Shown: piece by piece, positions 1-13,295 of the stretch
How the letters are laid out: each line of letters begins with the position of its first letter
Numbering within the stretch: the stretch's first letter is position 1
Source: Octopus sinensis
Taxonomy: Eukaryota
Direction of reading: 5' to 3'
Assembly (NCBI RefSeq): GCF_006345805.1
Contig: NC_043018.1
Location: 18,910,001 to 18,974,000 of the forward strand
DNA: 64,000 nucleotides
Made by a program: the position numbers and the translations under genes
The notes under the pieces: generated by a model
Seen by the model: the letters and a program-made list of their open reading frames with translations, nothing else
Database searches by the model: none
Told to the model about the DNA's origin: nothing

Positions 1-200
1 CCTGAAGAAATTTCTAACTGGGCCCCACCTACAAGGTCATGTGCTGTTTATCTTGATATGAGATCACCATGTCGCGCACATATGGTTGTGATGCATGTGC
101 CTGGTGTACCCTTATCAGACGGGTAGTTATGATGGGTATATTGGGCTTTGTATATTTTACCCCAGTGTCACTTTGATGGCATGCACTGCTCTCTCACTCA
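1..200 (+). mobile_element. 3' part of ~560-bp interspersed repeat (family E) with (AAT)n tail
   Basis: Matches the reverse complement of 17028-17230 and is followed by (AAT)n. Confidence 0.8.
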
Positions 201-424
201 ATAATAATAATAATAATCCTTTCAATTATAGACACAAGTGTTTTTGGTAGAGTGGGGGTTCAGTCAATTATATTGTTCCCAGTATTCAATTGGTACTTTA
301 CTTTACAGACCCCGACGGGATGAAAAGTAAAGGAGACCTCAGCAGAATTTGAACACAGAATGTTTTGTCAAAATGCCACTAAGCGTTTCATCTGGTATGC
401 TAACGATTCTCCCAGTTCACTGTC

Positions 425-530
425 GTACTACTACTACTATTACTACTACTATTAATAATAATAATACTAACAACAATAATAATAATAATAATAATAATGA
501 TAATTATAATAATAATAATAATAATAATAG
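425..530. repeat. (ACT)n/(AAT)n microsatellite
   Basis: Trinucleotide run seen directly. Confidence 0.95.
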
Positions 531-919
531 TTTTCCTTTATTTGCTTGTATGTATAGGGACCTTAGAAACACAGACGGGAAAAGAGAAAAGTACAAGAAA
601 ATCTCTAGCTTTGTTATAACAAGAGTCACACCTGAATGAGTTATTAAAATACTTGTGTTGACATGTTTGACAGCAGTGTGAACATCAGGTGGACAGGTCC
701 TACCGTGGCGGCGGGGTCCTACTTTTGTCATCGACTGACATATTTTTAAGGTCATTGATCTGAAATTGTTGTGAAGAATATGACAAAAGGACCAAAATGA
801 ATGTTGTTGACACACACTTATCCAACCTCATCTGTCTCAGAAGGTCTGCAACAGACTCAGGAAACTGGCAACAGCACCAAATACACAAACATTTTCTACA
901 GACCAAACCATTAAATGGG

Positions 920-1300
920 AAGCACTCCGTCGGTTACGACGACGAGGGTTCCGGTTGATCCAAATCAACGGAACAGCCTGCTCGTGAAATTAACGTGTAA
1001 GTGGCTGAGCACTCCACAGACACATGTACCCTTAACGTAGTTCTCGGGGATATTCAGCGTGACACAGAGAGTGACAAGGCCGGCCCTTTGAAATACAGGT
1101 ACAACAGAAACAGGAAGTAAGAGTGAGAGAAAGTTGTGGTGAAAGAGTACAGCAGGGATCACCACCATCCTCTGCCGGAGCCTCGTGGAGCTTTAGGTGT
1201 TTTCGCTCAATAAACACTCACAACGCCCGGTCTGGAAATCGAAACCGCGATCCTATGACCGCGAGTCCGCTGCCCTAACCACTGGGCCATTGCACCTCCA
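920..1300 (-). mobile_element. tRNA-derived SINE (family C, tail type 1)
   Basis: On the minus strand the head is GGAGGTGCAATGGCCCAGTGGTTAGG (A box) with GGTTTCGATTTCC (B box). The body is shared with 26620-26895 and 30335-30645. Confidence 0.85.
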
Positions 1301-2067
1301 CAAGCCATTAAATAAAAGACAGTGAGTTACAGAGAGATTGAAAAATAAAACTTGCAAAAATAATTCTAAAATGAATAGATTTTTATCAGTATTTCCGAAT
1401 TTTTAGAGAAGGTAAACAAAATAATTGGTACCAAAAGGAATTGAAATAAATACGTTTAGTGAATTTTCATAAATACAAAAATAAAATAGAAATCTAGCAA
1501 CAAAATGGATTTTTGTTTTTTTTGGGTTTTTTTAGGTTAAATCTATTTCTCCTTCTTGGCAACACCAGAGATTTTTTTTTTTTTAATTTTAAATAGATTT
1601 TATATAAATTTTTGAAAATTTTAAAAACTGAAATAAATGAATCATATTTTGCAATTTTTGTAGATTGAAATATATTTCTCCATCACAGCAAGGATTCAGT
1701 TTCCATTTTTTTTAATTAGGCTTTTTTATTTTTTTTAATCTTAATGTTGACTCACCACTGATAACCACAACCCACTCAAAAGAGAATGGAATCTATTGTC
1801 AGATAGTCAGACTGAGGTAAACCCAAAGATGCATCACATGATTACAGGTGAAACAAAATATTTGAGTTGAGATATGAACTCATGACCATGAAAAAAATAG
1901 ACCATTATCTATTTAAACCCTTTGCCTGTTCAAAGTATTTCCATGTTTGTCCTAAATGTCCATGCTTCTTTTCAGGGGTTTAGTCGCCCTTGTTTCATAT
2001 GTTTCAGTGATATAAAGCTTCCCTTTCATAAATCCCAAGCTACTTTGGTTGTTGAAAAAGAAGGGGA

Positions 2068-2455
2068 ATCATCATCATCATCATCGTTTAACGTCCATTT
2101 TCCATGCTAGCACGGGTTGGACGGTTCGACCGGGATCTGGGAAGCCAGGAGGCTGCACCAGGCTCCAGTCTGATCTGGCAGTGTTTCTACAGCTGGATGC
2201 CCTTCCTAATGCGAACCACTCCACGAGTGTAGTGGGTGCTTTTTACGTGCTACCAGCACAGGTGCCAGGGGAGTCTGGCATTGGCCATGATTGGTTGGTG
2301 CTTTTAACGTGCCACCGGCACGGAAGCCAGTCAAGGTGGTGCTGGCATCAGCCACATTCGGATGGTGCTTTTTATGTGCCACCGGCACAAGCCAGTCGAG
2401 GCAGCGCTGGCATCGACCACGTTCAGATGGTGCTTTTTATGTGCCACTGGCACAG
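2068..2455 (-). mobile_element. RTE-LINE 3'UTR-type repeat (family D) with (TGA)n tail
   Basis: Ends ...CCAACCCGTGCTAGCATGGAAAATGGACGTTAAACGATGATG. The same sequence follows the RTE ORF at 47665-48625. There are many further copies (e.g. 23875, 30660, 34270, 35325, 37300, 43325, 56625, 57010, 60360). Confidence 0.85.
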
Positions 2456-3073
2456 GTGTCACAACTACTATTTCCATTGATATTTATTTCGATGTTCATG
2501 TACTTGACTCAATAGGTCTCCTCAAGAACAGTGGGTTGTTCTGGAATCCAAGGTACTTTGATACTTTGGAATCCAAGGTACGTGTATCATAAATGATACA
2601 CAGGAGGACAGGTTAAAGGTTAAAGTTGAAGGTAATCATCATCATCATTTAATGTCCTCCTTCCATCCTGGCATGGGTTGGACAGTTTGACAGGAGCTGG
2701 CTGAGCAGAAGACTGCACCAGACTTCTGTGTCTGTTTTGGCATGGTTTTTACAACTGGATGCCCTTCCTAAAACCAACCACCCTGCGAAGTGGGCTAATG
2801 TGTCTCATAATTAAAAGAAAAACAAAAGGTGAAACTATAAAACACAAACAATTAAAAACAATTAAGATAAAAAAAAAACAAAAAGATAGGACATACCTGT
2901 GTGTGCTTTTACTTTTCCGACAACACCATGAACAATCCCAATACATACTGCATTCACCGGTGGGTAAAAATTACCTGAAATACACAAAAAAAAAAAGATC
3001 CATTTCAAAAGGAAATTCAGACACTAAAGTTTAAAAACTTAATCAGAAACTATATTTAAATACTTTAATTATA

Positions 3074-3458
3074 GGCACAGAAGTGGCTGTGTGGTAAGTA
3101 GCTTGTTTACCAACCACATGGTTCCGAGTTCAGTCCCACTGCATATCATCTTGGGCAAGTATCTTCTACTATAGCCTCGGGCCGACCAAAGCCTTGTGAG
3201 TGGATTTGGTAGACGGAAACTGAAAGAAGTCCATCGTATATATGTATATATATATATATATATGCGTGTGAGTGTTTGTCCCCCTAGCATTGCTTGACAA
3301 CCGATGCCGGTGTGTTTATGTCCCCGTTACTTAGCGGTTTGGCAAAAGTACTGGGCTTACAAAAGAATAAGTCCCGGGGTTGAGTTGCTCGATTAAAGGC
3401 AGTGCTCCAGCATGGCCGCAGTCAAATGACTGAAACAAGTAAAAGAGTAAAAGAGTAA
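3074..3458 (+). mobile_element. tRNA/CORE-like SINE (family A) with internal (TA/TG)n
   Basis: A box TGGCTGTGTGG, B box GAGTTCAGTCC, CORE-like TTGGGCAAGT segment and (GTAAAAGA)n tail. Confidence 0.9.
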
Positions 3459-3975
3459 ATATGAATGAACTTTGACATGAAGTAACATTAATTTGGGAGG
3501 TAGTAGTGGACTTCATCTATTTCCTAGTTTAACTCTGCCACCTTGAATATCTAGGGTGCCATTATGGGGATATCTTTCTCTGATTAGGGGATATCTTTTT
3601 CCCACTTTCCCATTAGTCTTGGACCCTCTGTAAAGGGTTTCTGGGCATTGCCTCTTCCACCCTTCCTGAACAATTAGAAAAATTTAGAAACAATCCAAAT
3701 TCTTGGCAGTTTACAAAATGCAAAAAGCTCAATGGCACATGGGAATGGCATATGATTCTTAAAAATGGTGACATTCCTCATCACCATCCAGTCAAGTTTG
3801 CTTGGACATTTCTAACCCACACCCACCATTCATCTCGGTCCTGCATTAGTTGAGGAAGTCTTCGAGGGTTTGGCCACAGTCTGGTGAGTTTGATTTGCAT
3901 ATGTTGCAATCAAATGACCTGCATGAGTATGGCCATACTTTGGCATTCATAGCCAGCGGTCACTTGCCAGCTCTT

Positions 3976-4369
3976 GTTGGATGCCCTTCCTAGCACCAAC
4001 CACTCTGCAGAGTGGACTCTGTGCTTTTTACGTGACACTAGCACAGGTGAGGTTAGTTTTGACATGATTTTACAATGTGGACTGGATGCTTTTTTTGCGT
4101 GACACCAGCATTGGCAGGGTCACCAAGCAACTCACAAGACAAAGAATTATGAGAGGGACAGGGGCATTTGAGGAGGGGATCTTGTATCAGAAGATGAAAG
4201 GCTAGAGTATGACAGAGAGGCAGGGTGGTGTTATGGGTCAGTGACATCTTCCTGATGTCAAATTACCTAGAAATGTGATGAAATCCATATAATCTCAATA
4301 TCATGTGTGAAACAAATAATCTTTTACAGTGCGACATTTCTTTTGTAGTTCAATATATATACACACACA

Positions 4370-4422
<53 letters not shown>

Positions 4423-5440
4423 TACAAAACAGCAATATCCTACAAAACAGGAAACAGGCAGGAAATCTCCATACAATTGTTTCTTGGTGGGATGAGTTCT
4501 CCAAGATATGTTTAAGACTGTTCTTTACATTTGGGTGGAAGTTTCACTACTCTCGGAGTTCCAAAGAGTGACATCAAAATATGGGAATATTTCCAAATTA
4601 GTTTTATTTGTGTCTTGATTTTCTGGAACCTTCAGCATATTATACAAGAGTTTTTTTTTATGTAATGAATTCTAAACAGAAAATCAAAGAATTTGAAGTT
4701 TGGTCAAACTGTGTTCTTGGAGATAATTCAATTAATGTGATATCTGTTTAGACTTATCAAGAAAAACTAAAAAAAAAAAAATTCATATTCTTTTGCTGAA
4801 GAAAGCAAAAAAAGCCTGGGAGAAAAAAATAGCCTAAAATATTATATTTTGTAAATCTTTTACATTACTGGAATATTCTATGAAGAAATGCAAGAATAAG
4901 GAAGAAGAAGTTTGTTTTAGCAGACATAATAGTAACATCAAATTAATGCACAGTTCTAAGAATAAACATGTACACTTTAACGAGTTATGTTGAGTAACTT
5001 ACTAATTAATACAATGGTGTAATTAGATATTTATAAAGTGCATGTCAAGTCACTTTGAGTGCAGTTGGGAACATCTAATTCAATACAACCTGTTAGGTAG
5101 TGACTAAACTGGTGGAACCACCACCACAGCCACCACCACCACTGCCACTGCCACCACTACTGTCAACAACCACCACTGCCACCACAAGAATATTCTGATG
5201 AGGGAAGTTACTAAAAACCCAGCGGAACAAAAACAAGACCGATCAAAAGTACTTGTTTTTTTTCTATCTTTTTTTGCCAAACTGCTAAGTTGCAGAAGTT
5301 AGAGGGATGTAAACACACACCAATACTGATTGTCAAACAGTGGTGGAGGGGAGGGGCAAACACAGACACATGGATACACACCTACAGGTACATACATACA
5401 TACATGTGTGTGTGCATGTATATGCATATAGATATATGTA

Positions 5441-5491
<51 letters not shown>

Positions 5492-5713
5492 TTCACCATG
5501 ATAGATCAGTAGCCACTACACGCATTTTTTCTCTCCTTGTTTCTCTCCTTTTTTTCTCTCCTTGTTTCTTTGTGTTCCTTTCTGTTGGAGAGCATAGGCT
5601 CGAAATGTAAAAGACTTTTTCTATTCCTGAGCGTTATACTAATACATCTGTTTGTTGTCTACACCACCTGTCATCGTCTTTTGTTTTTTTCGTGAATTCT
5701 CCCTATATATATT

Positions 5714-5755
<42 letters not shown>

Positions 5756-6194
5756 ATATATATGCATATATATATACATGTGTGTGTACTACAAAAGAAA
5801 CGTTGCACTGTAAAAGATTATTTGTTTCACACACGATATTGAGATTATATGGACTTTATCACATTTCTAGGTAATTTGACATCAGGAAGATGTCACTGAC
5901 CCATAACACCACCCTGCCTCTCTGTCATACTCTAGCCTTTCATCTTCTGACACAAGTTCCTCTCCTCAAATGCCCCTGTCCCTTTCATAATTCTTTGTCT
6001 TGTGAGTTGCTTGGTGACCCTGCCAGTGCTGGTGTCCTGCAAAAAAGCATCCAGTCCACACTGTAAAGAGGTTGGTATTTGGAAGGCATCCAGCTGTAAA
6101 AATCATGCCAAAACTAACCTCACCTGTGCTATTGTCACATAAAAAGCACAGAGTCCATTCTGCAGAGTGGTTAGTGCTAGGAAGGGCATCCAAC
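3976..6194. repeat. Long inverted duplication (arms 3976-4349 and 5788-6194)
   Basis: The arms are reverse-complementary, including apparently non-repeat sequence such as CTAGAAATGTGATGAAATCCATATAATCTCAATATC. The spacer is about 1.4 kb. Confidence 0.9.
5578..5613 (+). ncRNA. Decayed minimal type I hammerhead ribozyme motif
   Basis: Stem I CUUU/AAAG, core CUGUUGG (two changes from CUGANGA), stem II GAGC-AUAG-GCUC, then GAAA and UG-UA. Confidence 0.45.
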
Positions 6195-6299
6195 CATAAA
6201 AACCCTGCCAAAACAGACACAGTAGTCTGGGGTAGTTTTTCTACCTGACCATCTCCTGTCAACCATCCTACCCATGCACACATGGAAGATGGACATCAA

Positions 6300-6603
6300 A
6301 TAATAATGAATAATGATAATGATAATGATGATGATGATGATGATGATGATGATAATAATGATGATGATAATAATGATGATGATAATAATAATGATGATGA
6401 TGATAATGATGATGATGATAATGATGATAATGATGATGATGATAATAATGATGATGATAATAATGATGATGATAATGATAATGATGATGATAATAATAAT
6501 GATGATAATAATGATGATAATAATAATGATGATGATAATAATGATAATGATAATGATGATGATAATAATAATGATGATAATGATGATAATAATGATGATG
6601 ATA

Positions 6604-6641
<38 letters not shown>

Positions 6642-6652
6642 AATAATAATAA
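6300..6652. repeat. Compound (GAT)n/(AAT)n microsatellite, ~350 bp
   Basis: Seen directly; it generates poly-D/N, poly-I, poly-M and poly-S pseudo-ORFs. Confidence 0.97.
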
Positions 6653-7244
6653 TCCGTTCTTTATTGGCCACAAAGGCTCTGAACTAGCCCTTTACAAGTT
6701 ATAAGTGGAGGAGAATATATTTTCAGGCATTTCTGGGTAGAAACAAAATTCACTATGAACAGGTATGACTGCACATGTACGTGTGTCCAGGTGTGTACAC
6801 CTACACACATCTATAGCTTGTACCTCTATATACACATATATCTTACTGTGTAATATCCACTAACACACATCCTGAGTAATTCAAGGTACCAATTTAAATG
6901 TTCAGTGAAGCCTTTATTACTTTAGAGTTCTCCAACCATGGCCGGTTCTCCTTAACATTATCATTAGAATTTATTTAAAGAACAAATTTTAAAAAAAAGC
7001 AAACCCAACCCCCTCCTCTCAAGAACAATACAATCAACTTCCAGCATTTCTTTGCACTGGTGTAACCTATTTTAAAACATGCTGTTAGCCTCAAGCTCGT
7101 TAAATGCATGATCCAGTAATTCCCCCTCATTAGAAGTTAATTCTCTCCTTTTACACAAAAATATATCTTTGAACAGAATTACATTTTACATTTTACCCCC
7201 TTTTCTATCCCTTAATTTTTAAAATTCTAGGAAAATTTTAATTG

Positions 7245-7515
7245 AATCAATTTACCAACATGATCTTGATTGATTTACCAATATTGACCTAAATCAATAT
7301 ACCAATATTGACCTAAATCAATATATCAATATTGACCTAGATCAATTTGCTAATATTTATCTAGATCAATTTACCAATACGATCTATATCGATTTAGCAA
7401 TACTGATCTCAGTTTACCAATATAGTCTAAATCAATCAATAAAGACTAGATCAATTTACCAATATTGATCTGGATAAATATATTAGTATTGATCTAGATC
7501 AATTTATACAATTTT
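7245..7515. repeat. Degenerate ~23-bp tandem repeat (ATCAATTTACCAATATTGAYCTA-like)
   Basis: Repeated caatattgacctaaatcaatat units. Confidence 0.7.
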
Positions 7516-7556
7516 AATTGATATATTTATTTCATCCAATTTTTACTCAGTTCCCA

Positions 7557-7591
<35 letters not shown>

Positions 7592-7592
<1 letters not shown>

Positions 7593-7799
7593 TTTATTTA
7601 AAAGCAGCAGAAATATAACAAAAGCTGTTACTCAGAGTTTCACGTTTTATGTTCGTCGGACAGTTTTGTTAACAAAATGTGAAACTCTGAGTAACAGCTT
7701 TTGTTATATTTCTGCTGCTTTTAAATAAAGCATATTACTCTACCTCTGGTATTTGAGTACACTTTTTCCACCTTGTTTCACATTTATGTGCTTACTCCA

Positions 7800-7848
<49 letters not shown>

Positions 7849-8059
7849 ATACTTTATTTAAAAGCAGCAGAAATATAACAAAAGCTGTTACTCAGAGTTT
7901 CACGTTTTATGTTCGTCGGACAGTTTTGTTAACAAAATGTGAAACTCTGAGTAACAGCTTTTGTTATATTTCTGCTGCTTTTAAATAAAGCATATTACTC
8001 TACCTCTGGTATTTGAGTACACTTTTTCCACCTTGTTTCACATTTATGTGCTTACTCCA

Positions 8060-8060
<1 letters not shown>
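7592..8060. mobile_element. Two identical 209-bp fold-back elements in tandem, separated by (TA)n (period 260)
   Basis: 7592-7800 equals 7852-8060. Same family as 25094-25383 and 30049-30293, with a hammerhead-like motif on the minus strand. Confidence 0.85.
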
Positions 8061-8111
<51 letters not shown>

Positions 8112-9790
8112 CAAAATGTCTGTGTGTCTGTGTGTGTGTGTGTGCGTATGCTTTTTATGCGTTTCCACATTTTTCATCCAATTTTGATGAAATTTATTTT
8201 ATTAAATGGCAAGTTTACCCAGGCATGTCACTGCTGCATTACCGATGCCTAGAGATACCCCCTTCTAGGAGAAAAATCGATAAAACCGATGGGACCCCAC
8301 TCCCCACATTTTGTAAAAAAAGGCAAAAGTTGCATGCGAGAAAAGGTTTTATAGGAACATATAATTTTGATCATTTTGGTGTCAAAAGGACCATCAAGTT
8401 GCAACATTTCAGACAAATATTTTGGCACTGCCTTGGGGACTCTGATTCACAAGAGAATTGCAAAAAAACTTTGAAAGAAATCAATGGTTTGCATTTTTGC
8501 AAAGTTACACTGTAGAAAATGTTTACTGGAAAGTCTGATTTCCTTGGTTTTACAGTTAAAAAACCACCATGTTATAGCAGTTCTATCAAGTATATGTTTT
8601 ATGTCCAATGGCATCCACGTGTGACAAAAAAACCACAAAAAAACTGAGAAAAAAAATCGATTTTATACACTTTCTTCCCCTTTAAATTTTCAAAAACTTC
8701 TCACTGCTTCAGTGGTTTGCATTCAAACTTTACACGCTATTTACTCAGGATAACATTAAGAGACTCCAATTTGCACAGAATTCATCAGCGTATGACCAAC
8801 AATTGCGAAAAACTGAGTAGAAAACTGGTTTTTTGTCCTTAAATCCCTCATTTTTGACCGAATTTGTCCAAATTTCACATGAACAGTACAGATGACTCAA
8901 CAATGGTTTAAAACTATTTTTGGTTAATATTCTTTATTTAACTTGTGACAGATCTATGAAATACTGCGAAACATCATCTTTTCGCATTTTTGCAGAGTTA
9001 CACCCAAGAAAGCTGTTTCAAGGAACAGCTGGGTTTTTTTTCTTTTTTTTGCAAAAGAACTGCTATGTTGCATCATTTCTGGAAATTATTTCTTCTTTTT
9101 CCCTATGCATCCGGTTTCTACAGTAAACTGCAAAACATGGACACTCCCGTTCCAACAGCTTCACCTGTTTGCAGAGGGCTAGGTCTAAGCCAGCCTTCCA
9201 CTCTCACTCACTCCTTTGCACGTGAAAATGACTAATGGCACTTAGTCCTCACCGTTTACACCAATTACCTTATAATTAGACAATATCCTCTCAACATCAA
9301 TCTAATAGGATAAAATGCCTGTTATGGCAAGACATTGTGCGATTTGTAAACATTTCCCTCCACCACCATTACCCGAACTTTGAGCACCTCCTCTGGCGTT
9401 TGGTCATTCAACTAATGAATGCCACTTGGGTAAAATCACTTCTTCCTCAATGTCAATGTTTGCAACTTAACGCAAAAAATATTCAGAGATGTACAACGAA
9501 AAAAATGGTAGAACCTATTAAGACCATTGCTAAGTATTTAATACCCGAGCAACGCCGGTTGCTCCTCCTTGTACTTTCTAAATTCTGAAAGGATTTTACA
9601 AGCTGGTGTTTAGCTCCAATTCCTTGACATCAAAATGGTTGAGACATAAATCATTCTCTAAACAAAATGCCAATCCATCTCAGACCAATTCCTGACAGTT
9701 AACTATAACTAAGTGCATCATGAAACAAAGAATTTGAACTGGAGACCAACAGCATCACCATGTCAACTGGACCGATCTACTTCTACTATT

Positions 9791-10210
9791 TATTTCTTTA
9801 TTGCCCACAGGGGTCTAAACATAGAGTGGACAAACAAGGACAGACAAGGGGATTAAGTCGATTACATCAACCCGGTGCATAACCGGTACTTAGTTTATTG
9901 ACCCTGAAAGGATGAAAGGCAAAGTTGACCTTGGCGGAATTTGAACTCAGAACATAGTGGCAGAAGAAATACCTATTTCTATTTCTTTACTACCCACAAG
10001 GGGCTAAACACAGAAAGGACAAACAAGGACAGACAAACGGAGTCAGTCGATTATATCAACCCGGTGCATAACCGGTATTTATTTAATTGACCCCAAAAGG
10101 ATGAAAGGCAAAGTTGACCGTGGTGGAGTTTGAACTCAGAACGTAATGGTAGACAAAATATCGCTAATCATTTCACCTGGTGTGCTGCTAACGATTCTGC
10201 CAGCTTACCG
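9791..10210 (-). mobile_element. Family B SINE dimer (head + 2 units)
   Basis: Two GAGGTCGACTTTGCCTTTCATCCTTTC-type units joined at aaataGGTATTTC (junction 9973/9974). Confidence 0.85.
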
Positions 10211-10330
10211 CCCTTCTATTTCTACTGTTCCTACTTCAAAACAATCACAGAATATTGGAGTATTTCAGAGGAATATCATCAATACCAAGATATATTTGTA
10301 AAAATATCTCAACCATGTGTTTTTGTTGCT

Positions 10331-10574
10331 CATCATCATCATTGTTCGACCGTGGTCAAGATAATGGAATTTACCATGCTACGCCAGACTTCACGGTCCA
10401 TCATAGCATTATGGAGGTCCTGTTGTTGGATGCCTGTATCCCTGGAGATTACATCAGGGTAGGAGAGTGTGCACCCTCTGGTATTGCGAGTAGATGGCTT
10501 CCAGAGGAGAAGAGTAGAAATTGCCTCGTTTTCAGCTTTACAACAATGTCCAGCAAACTGGACTCTCCTACCTT
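10331..10574 (-). mobile_element. 5'-truncated RTE-type LINE 3' end
   Basis: Reverse complement of the 3' end of 16031-16627. Confidence 0.9.
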
Positions 10575-10837
10575 GTTGCTGGCTGTAACCAACTTCAAAG
10601 CAAACCCATTATATTAAAATCACCCCTGTTTATTCAGGTATATCCTGGGGGTGAGATTTCCTCCTGATTCACTTCATGTTATGAAACTGATATTAGAATT
10701 TGGGGACAGCTATATTGACAAGTCAATTATTGAGTTAGTGATCAAAGCATGACTATCTAGAGCTAGTGGTACCAATGCTACAAAATGGTAAAATATGCAA
10801 GAGAATGCTGTGGGTGTAACATTACTCTTTTTTTTTT

Positions 10838-11044
10838 AGTCTTTTTTTACTTGTTTCAGTCATTTGACTGCGTCCATGCTGGAGCACCGCATTTAGTTGA
10901 GCAAATCGACCCCAGGACTTATTCTTTGTAAGCCTAGTACTTATTCTATCGGTCTCTTTTGCCGAACCGCTAAGTATGGGGGACGTAAACACACCAGCAT
11001 CGGTTGTCAAGCAATGTTGGAGCGACAAACACATATACACACAC

Positions 11045-11091
<47 letters not shown>

Positions 11092-11277
11092 ATATATATA
11101 TATTTAAATATACGACGGGCTTCTTTCAGTTTCCATCTATCAAATCCACTCACAAGGCTTTGGTCGGCCCGGGGCTATAGTAGAAGACACTTGCCCAAGG
11201 TGCCACACAGTGAGACTGAGCCTGGAACCATGCGGTTGGTAAGCAAGCTACTTACCACACAGCCACTTCTGCACCTA
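10838..11277 (-). mobile_element. Family A SINE
   Basis: Full head, microsatellite and tail on the minus strand. Confidence 0.9.
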
Positions 11278-12529
11278 CGTAATATAATAACTTTTCTTCT
11301 TCTTAACACAAAGTTCAATGTGTTGTGTTTACTCCCAATTAAATGGTGCATCTTCCACGAGGCTTTACAGGAATGTTAGATGGAGACGGAGCATGATGTG
11401 ATGTCGTACGACAGTGGAACATGAGAACAGAATGCAAACAATCCACATGTTAATAGATTGTGATGTTGCACAGAAGTGGCACATGAGACCTGACGACAAA
11501 CAGTCCCTTTTCATGCTGACTGGACATAGCGAGTGGACAATGAAACATGAGAGGACAGTGTAAACAATCAATATGTCAATGGAACTGGATGCTGTATGAC
11601 TCCAGAACATGAGATGGGGATGCAAATGATCAAACCATCTACATCCAGGGACAGGGCAGGAATATATTGGGAATACGATGTGATGGCTGTGCAATATTAA
11701 TTGCATGAAAATTATTCAAGAGTTTTTATTTAACTGTGTGGTTAAGAAGCTTACTTCCCAACCATGGGGTCTTCAGTTCAATCCCACTGCATGGCATATG
11801 AGGCAAATACCTTCTACTATAATCCTGGGTTGACCAAGACCATGTAAGTGGATTTGTTAGGCAGAAATTGAAGGTCCATCATAAATGTGTGTGTGTGTGT
11901 GTATCATTGTGTTTGTTCCCCCCTTCTGCTTGATGACCAGTGTCGGTTTGTTTATGTTTTCATAACTTAGCAGTTTGGCAAAAGAGAACAAGATAATAAG
12001 TACCAGGTTTTAAAAACAAAACAAAAAAACGAGAAGACACTGGAGTTGATTTGTTCAACTAAACCCTTCAAGGTGGTGCCCCAGAATGGCCACAGTCCAA
12101 TGAGTGAAATAACTAAAAAGAAAAGATAAAGGAGAGCTAAATAAAAACCCTTGGGACAAAATGTAAGGGCCAAAATATGCGGCAGATGCAGAGGGCCTCC
12201 AAGAGGGGGATTCAACCAATACACTGGGCTGAGGCCTGGAGAACCATGGAAGGGTCCTTGATTATCTGCTAGGTATCTCCCTAAAGTGGGCAAACATGCC
12301 CTGCCACATCCTGAAGGAAGGATTGTCCAGTACGGCCAAATAATGTCAGGGGCCAGAACTGATGGTGAGATGGCAGAAACTTCACATTCCACTAAGGTCG
12401 ACTTTGCCTTTCATCCTTTCGGAGTTGATAAATTAAGTACCAATGGTATACTGGGGGTCGATCTAAAAAGTTTCGGGTCTTGTACCTAGAGTAGAAAAAA
12501 AAATAAAGATGATAAATTAAAAAAACCTC

Positions 12530-12942
12530 AGGCGCAGGATTGGCTGTGTGGCAAGAAGCTTGCTTACCAACCACATGGTTCCGGGTTCAGTCCCACTGCA
12601 TGTCACCTTGGGCAAGTGCCTTCTACTATAGCCTCAGGCCGACCTAAGCCTTGTGAGTGGATTTGGTAGACGGAAACTGAAAGAAGCCTGTTGTATATAT
12701 GTATGTATATATGTATGTATGTGTGTGTTTGTGTGTCTGTGTTTATCTCCTAGCATTGCTTGACAACCGATGCTGGTGTATTTATGTCCCCGTTACTTAG
12801 TGGTTCGGCAAAAGAGACCAATAGAATAAGTACTGGGCTTACAAAGAATAAGTCCTGGGGTTGAGTTGCTCGACTAAAGGCGGTGCTCCAGCATAGCCAC
12901 AGTCAAATGACCGAAACAAGTAAAAGAGTAAAGAGTAAAGAG
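12530..12942 (+). mobile_element. Family A SINE
   Basis: Runs from GGCGCAGG... to GTAAAAGAGTAAAGAG. Confidence 0.9.
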
Positions 12943-13104
12943 AGTAATTGATACAAACTGGCTGGATAAATATTTTCAATTGTTGTTGTTCCAAGGGATT
13001 AGTCCTGATTGAGTGCACCTGTGGTCAAGGATGGTCCAACCATGAATGACCCGACTTTGTTTCAACTATGACTACATTACTGAAAGTAGTTCTATATTTA
13101 AGAG

Positions 13105-13261
13105 ATGAGGAATTATTTACATTATTTACATTTGACGGATATTTGTCCTCATCTTGTTTGTTGTTAACACAACATTTCAGTTGATACACCCTCCAGCCTT
13201 CTTCAGGTGTCTTGGGCAAATTTCGAACCTGGGTTCTTATTCCTAAGGTATTTTTCGATGC

Positions 13262-13295
<34 letters not shown>

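Noticed and set aside
640-906. Minus-strand segments (INDLKNMSVDDKSRTPPP; FPESVADLLRQMRLD) resembling an INPP5F internal region
   Set aside because: The similarity is weak and low-complexity, and the required upstream exons were not found. TBLASTN would settle it.
2049-2592. Many 60-160 aa ORFs over SINE and RTE-UTR copies throughout the window
   Set aside because: The same peptides recur at each repeat copy in different frames, so they are repeat-derived and not genes.
3415-3450. CAGTCAAATGACTG-AAACAAGTA in family A SINE tails as a hammerhead
   Set aside because: It has a hairpin plus GAAAC but no CUGANGA core. It is more simply a LINE-derived 3' stem-loop.
6177-6704. Poly-I, poly-D/N, poly-S and poly-M ORFs
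   Set aside because: These are translations of a GAT/AAT microsatellite in all frames, with no splice or homology support.
8230-9780. Possible DNA transposon/Helitron remnant (Helitron-like hairpin CCCGAGCAACGCCGG at ~9544)
   Set aside because: I could not define termini, TSD or a coding motif, so it is left unannotated.
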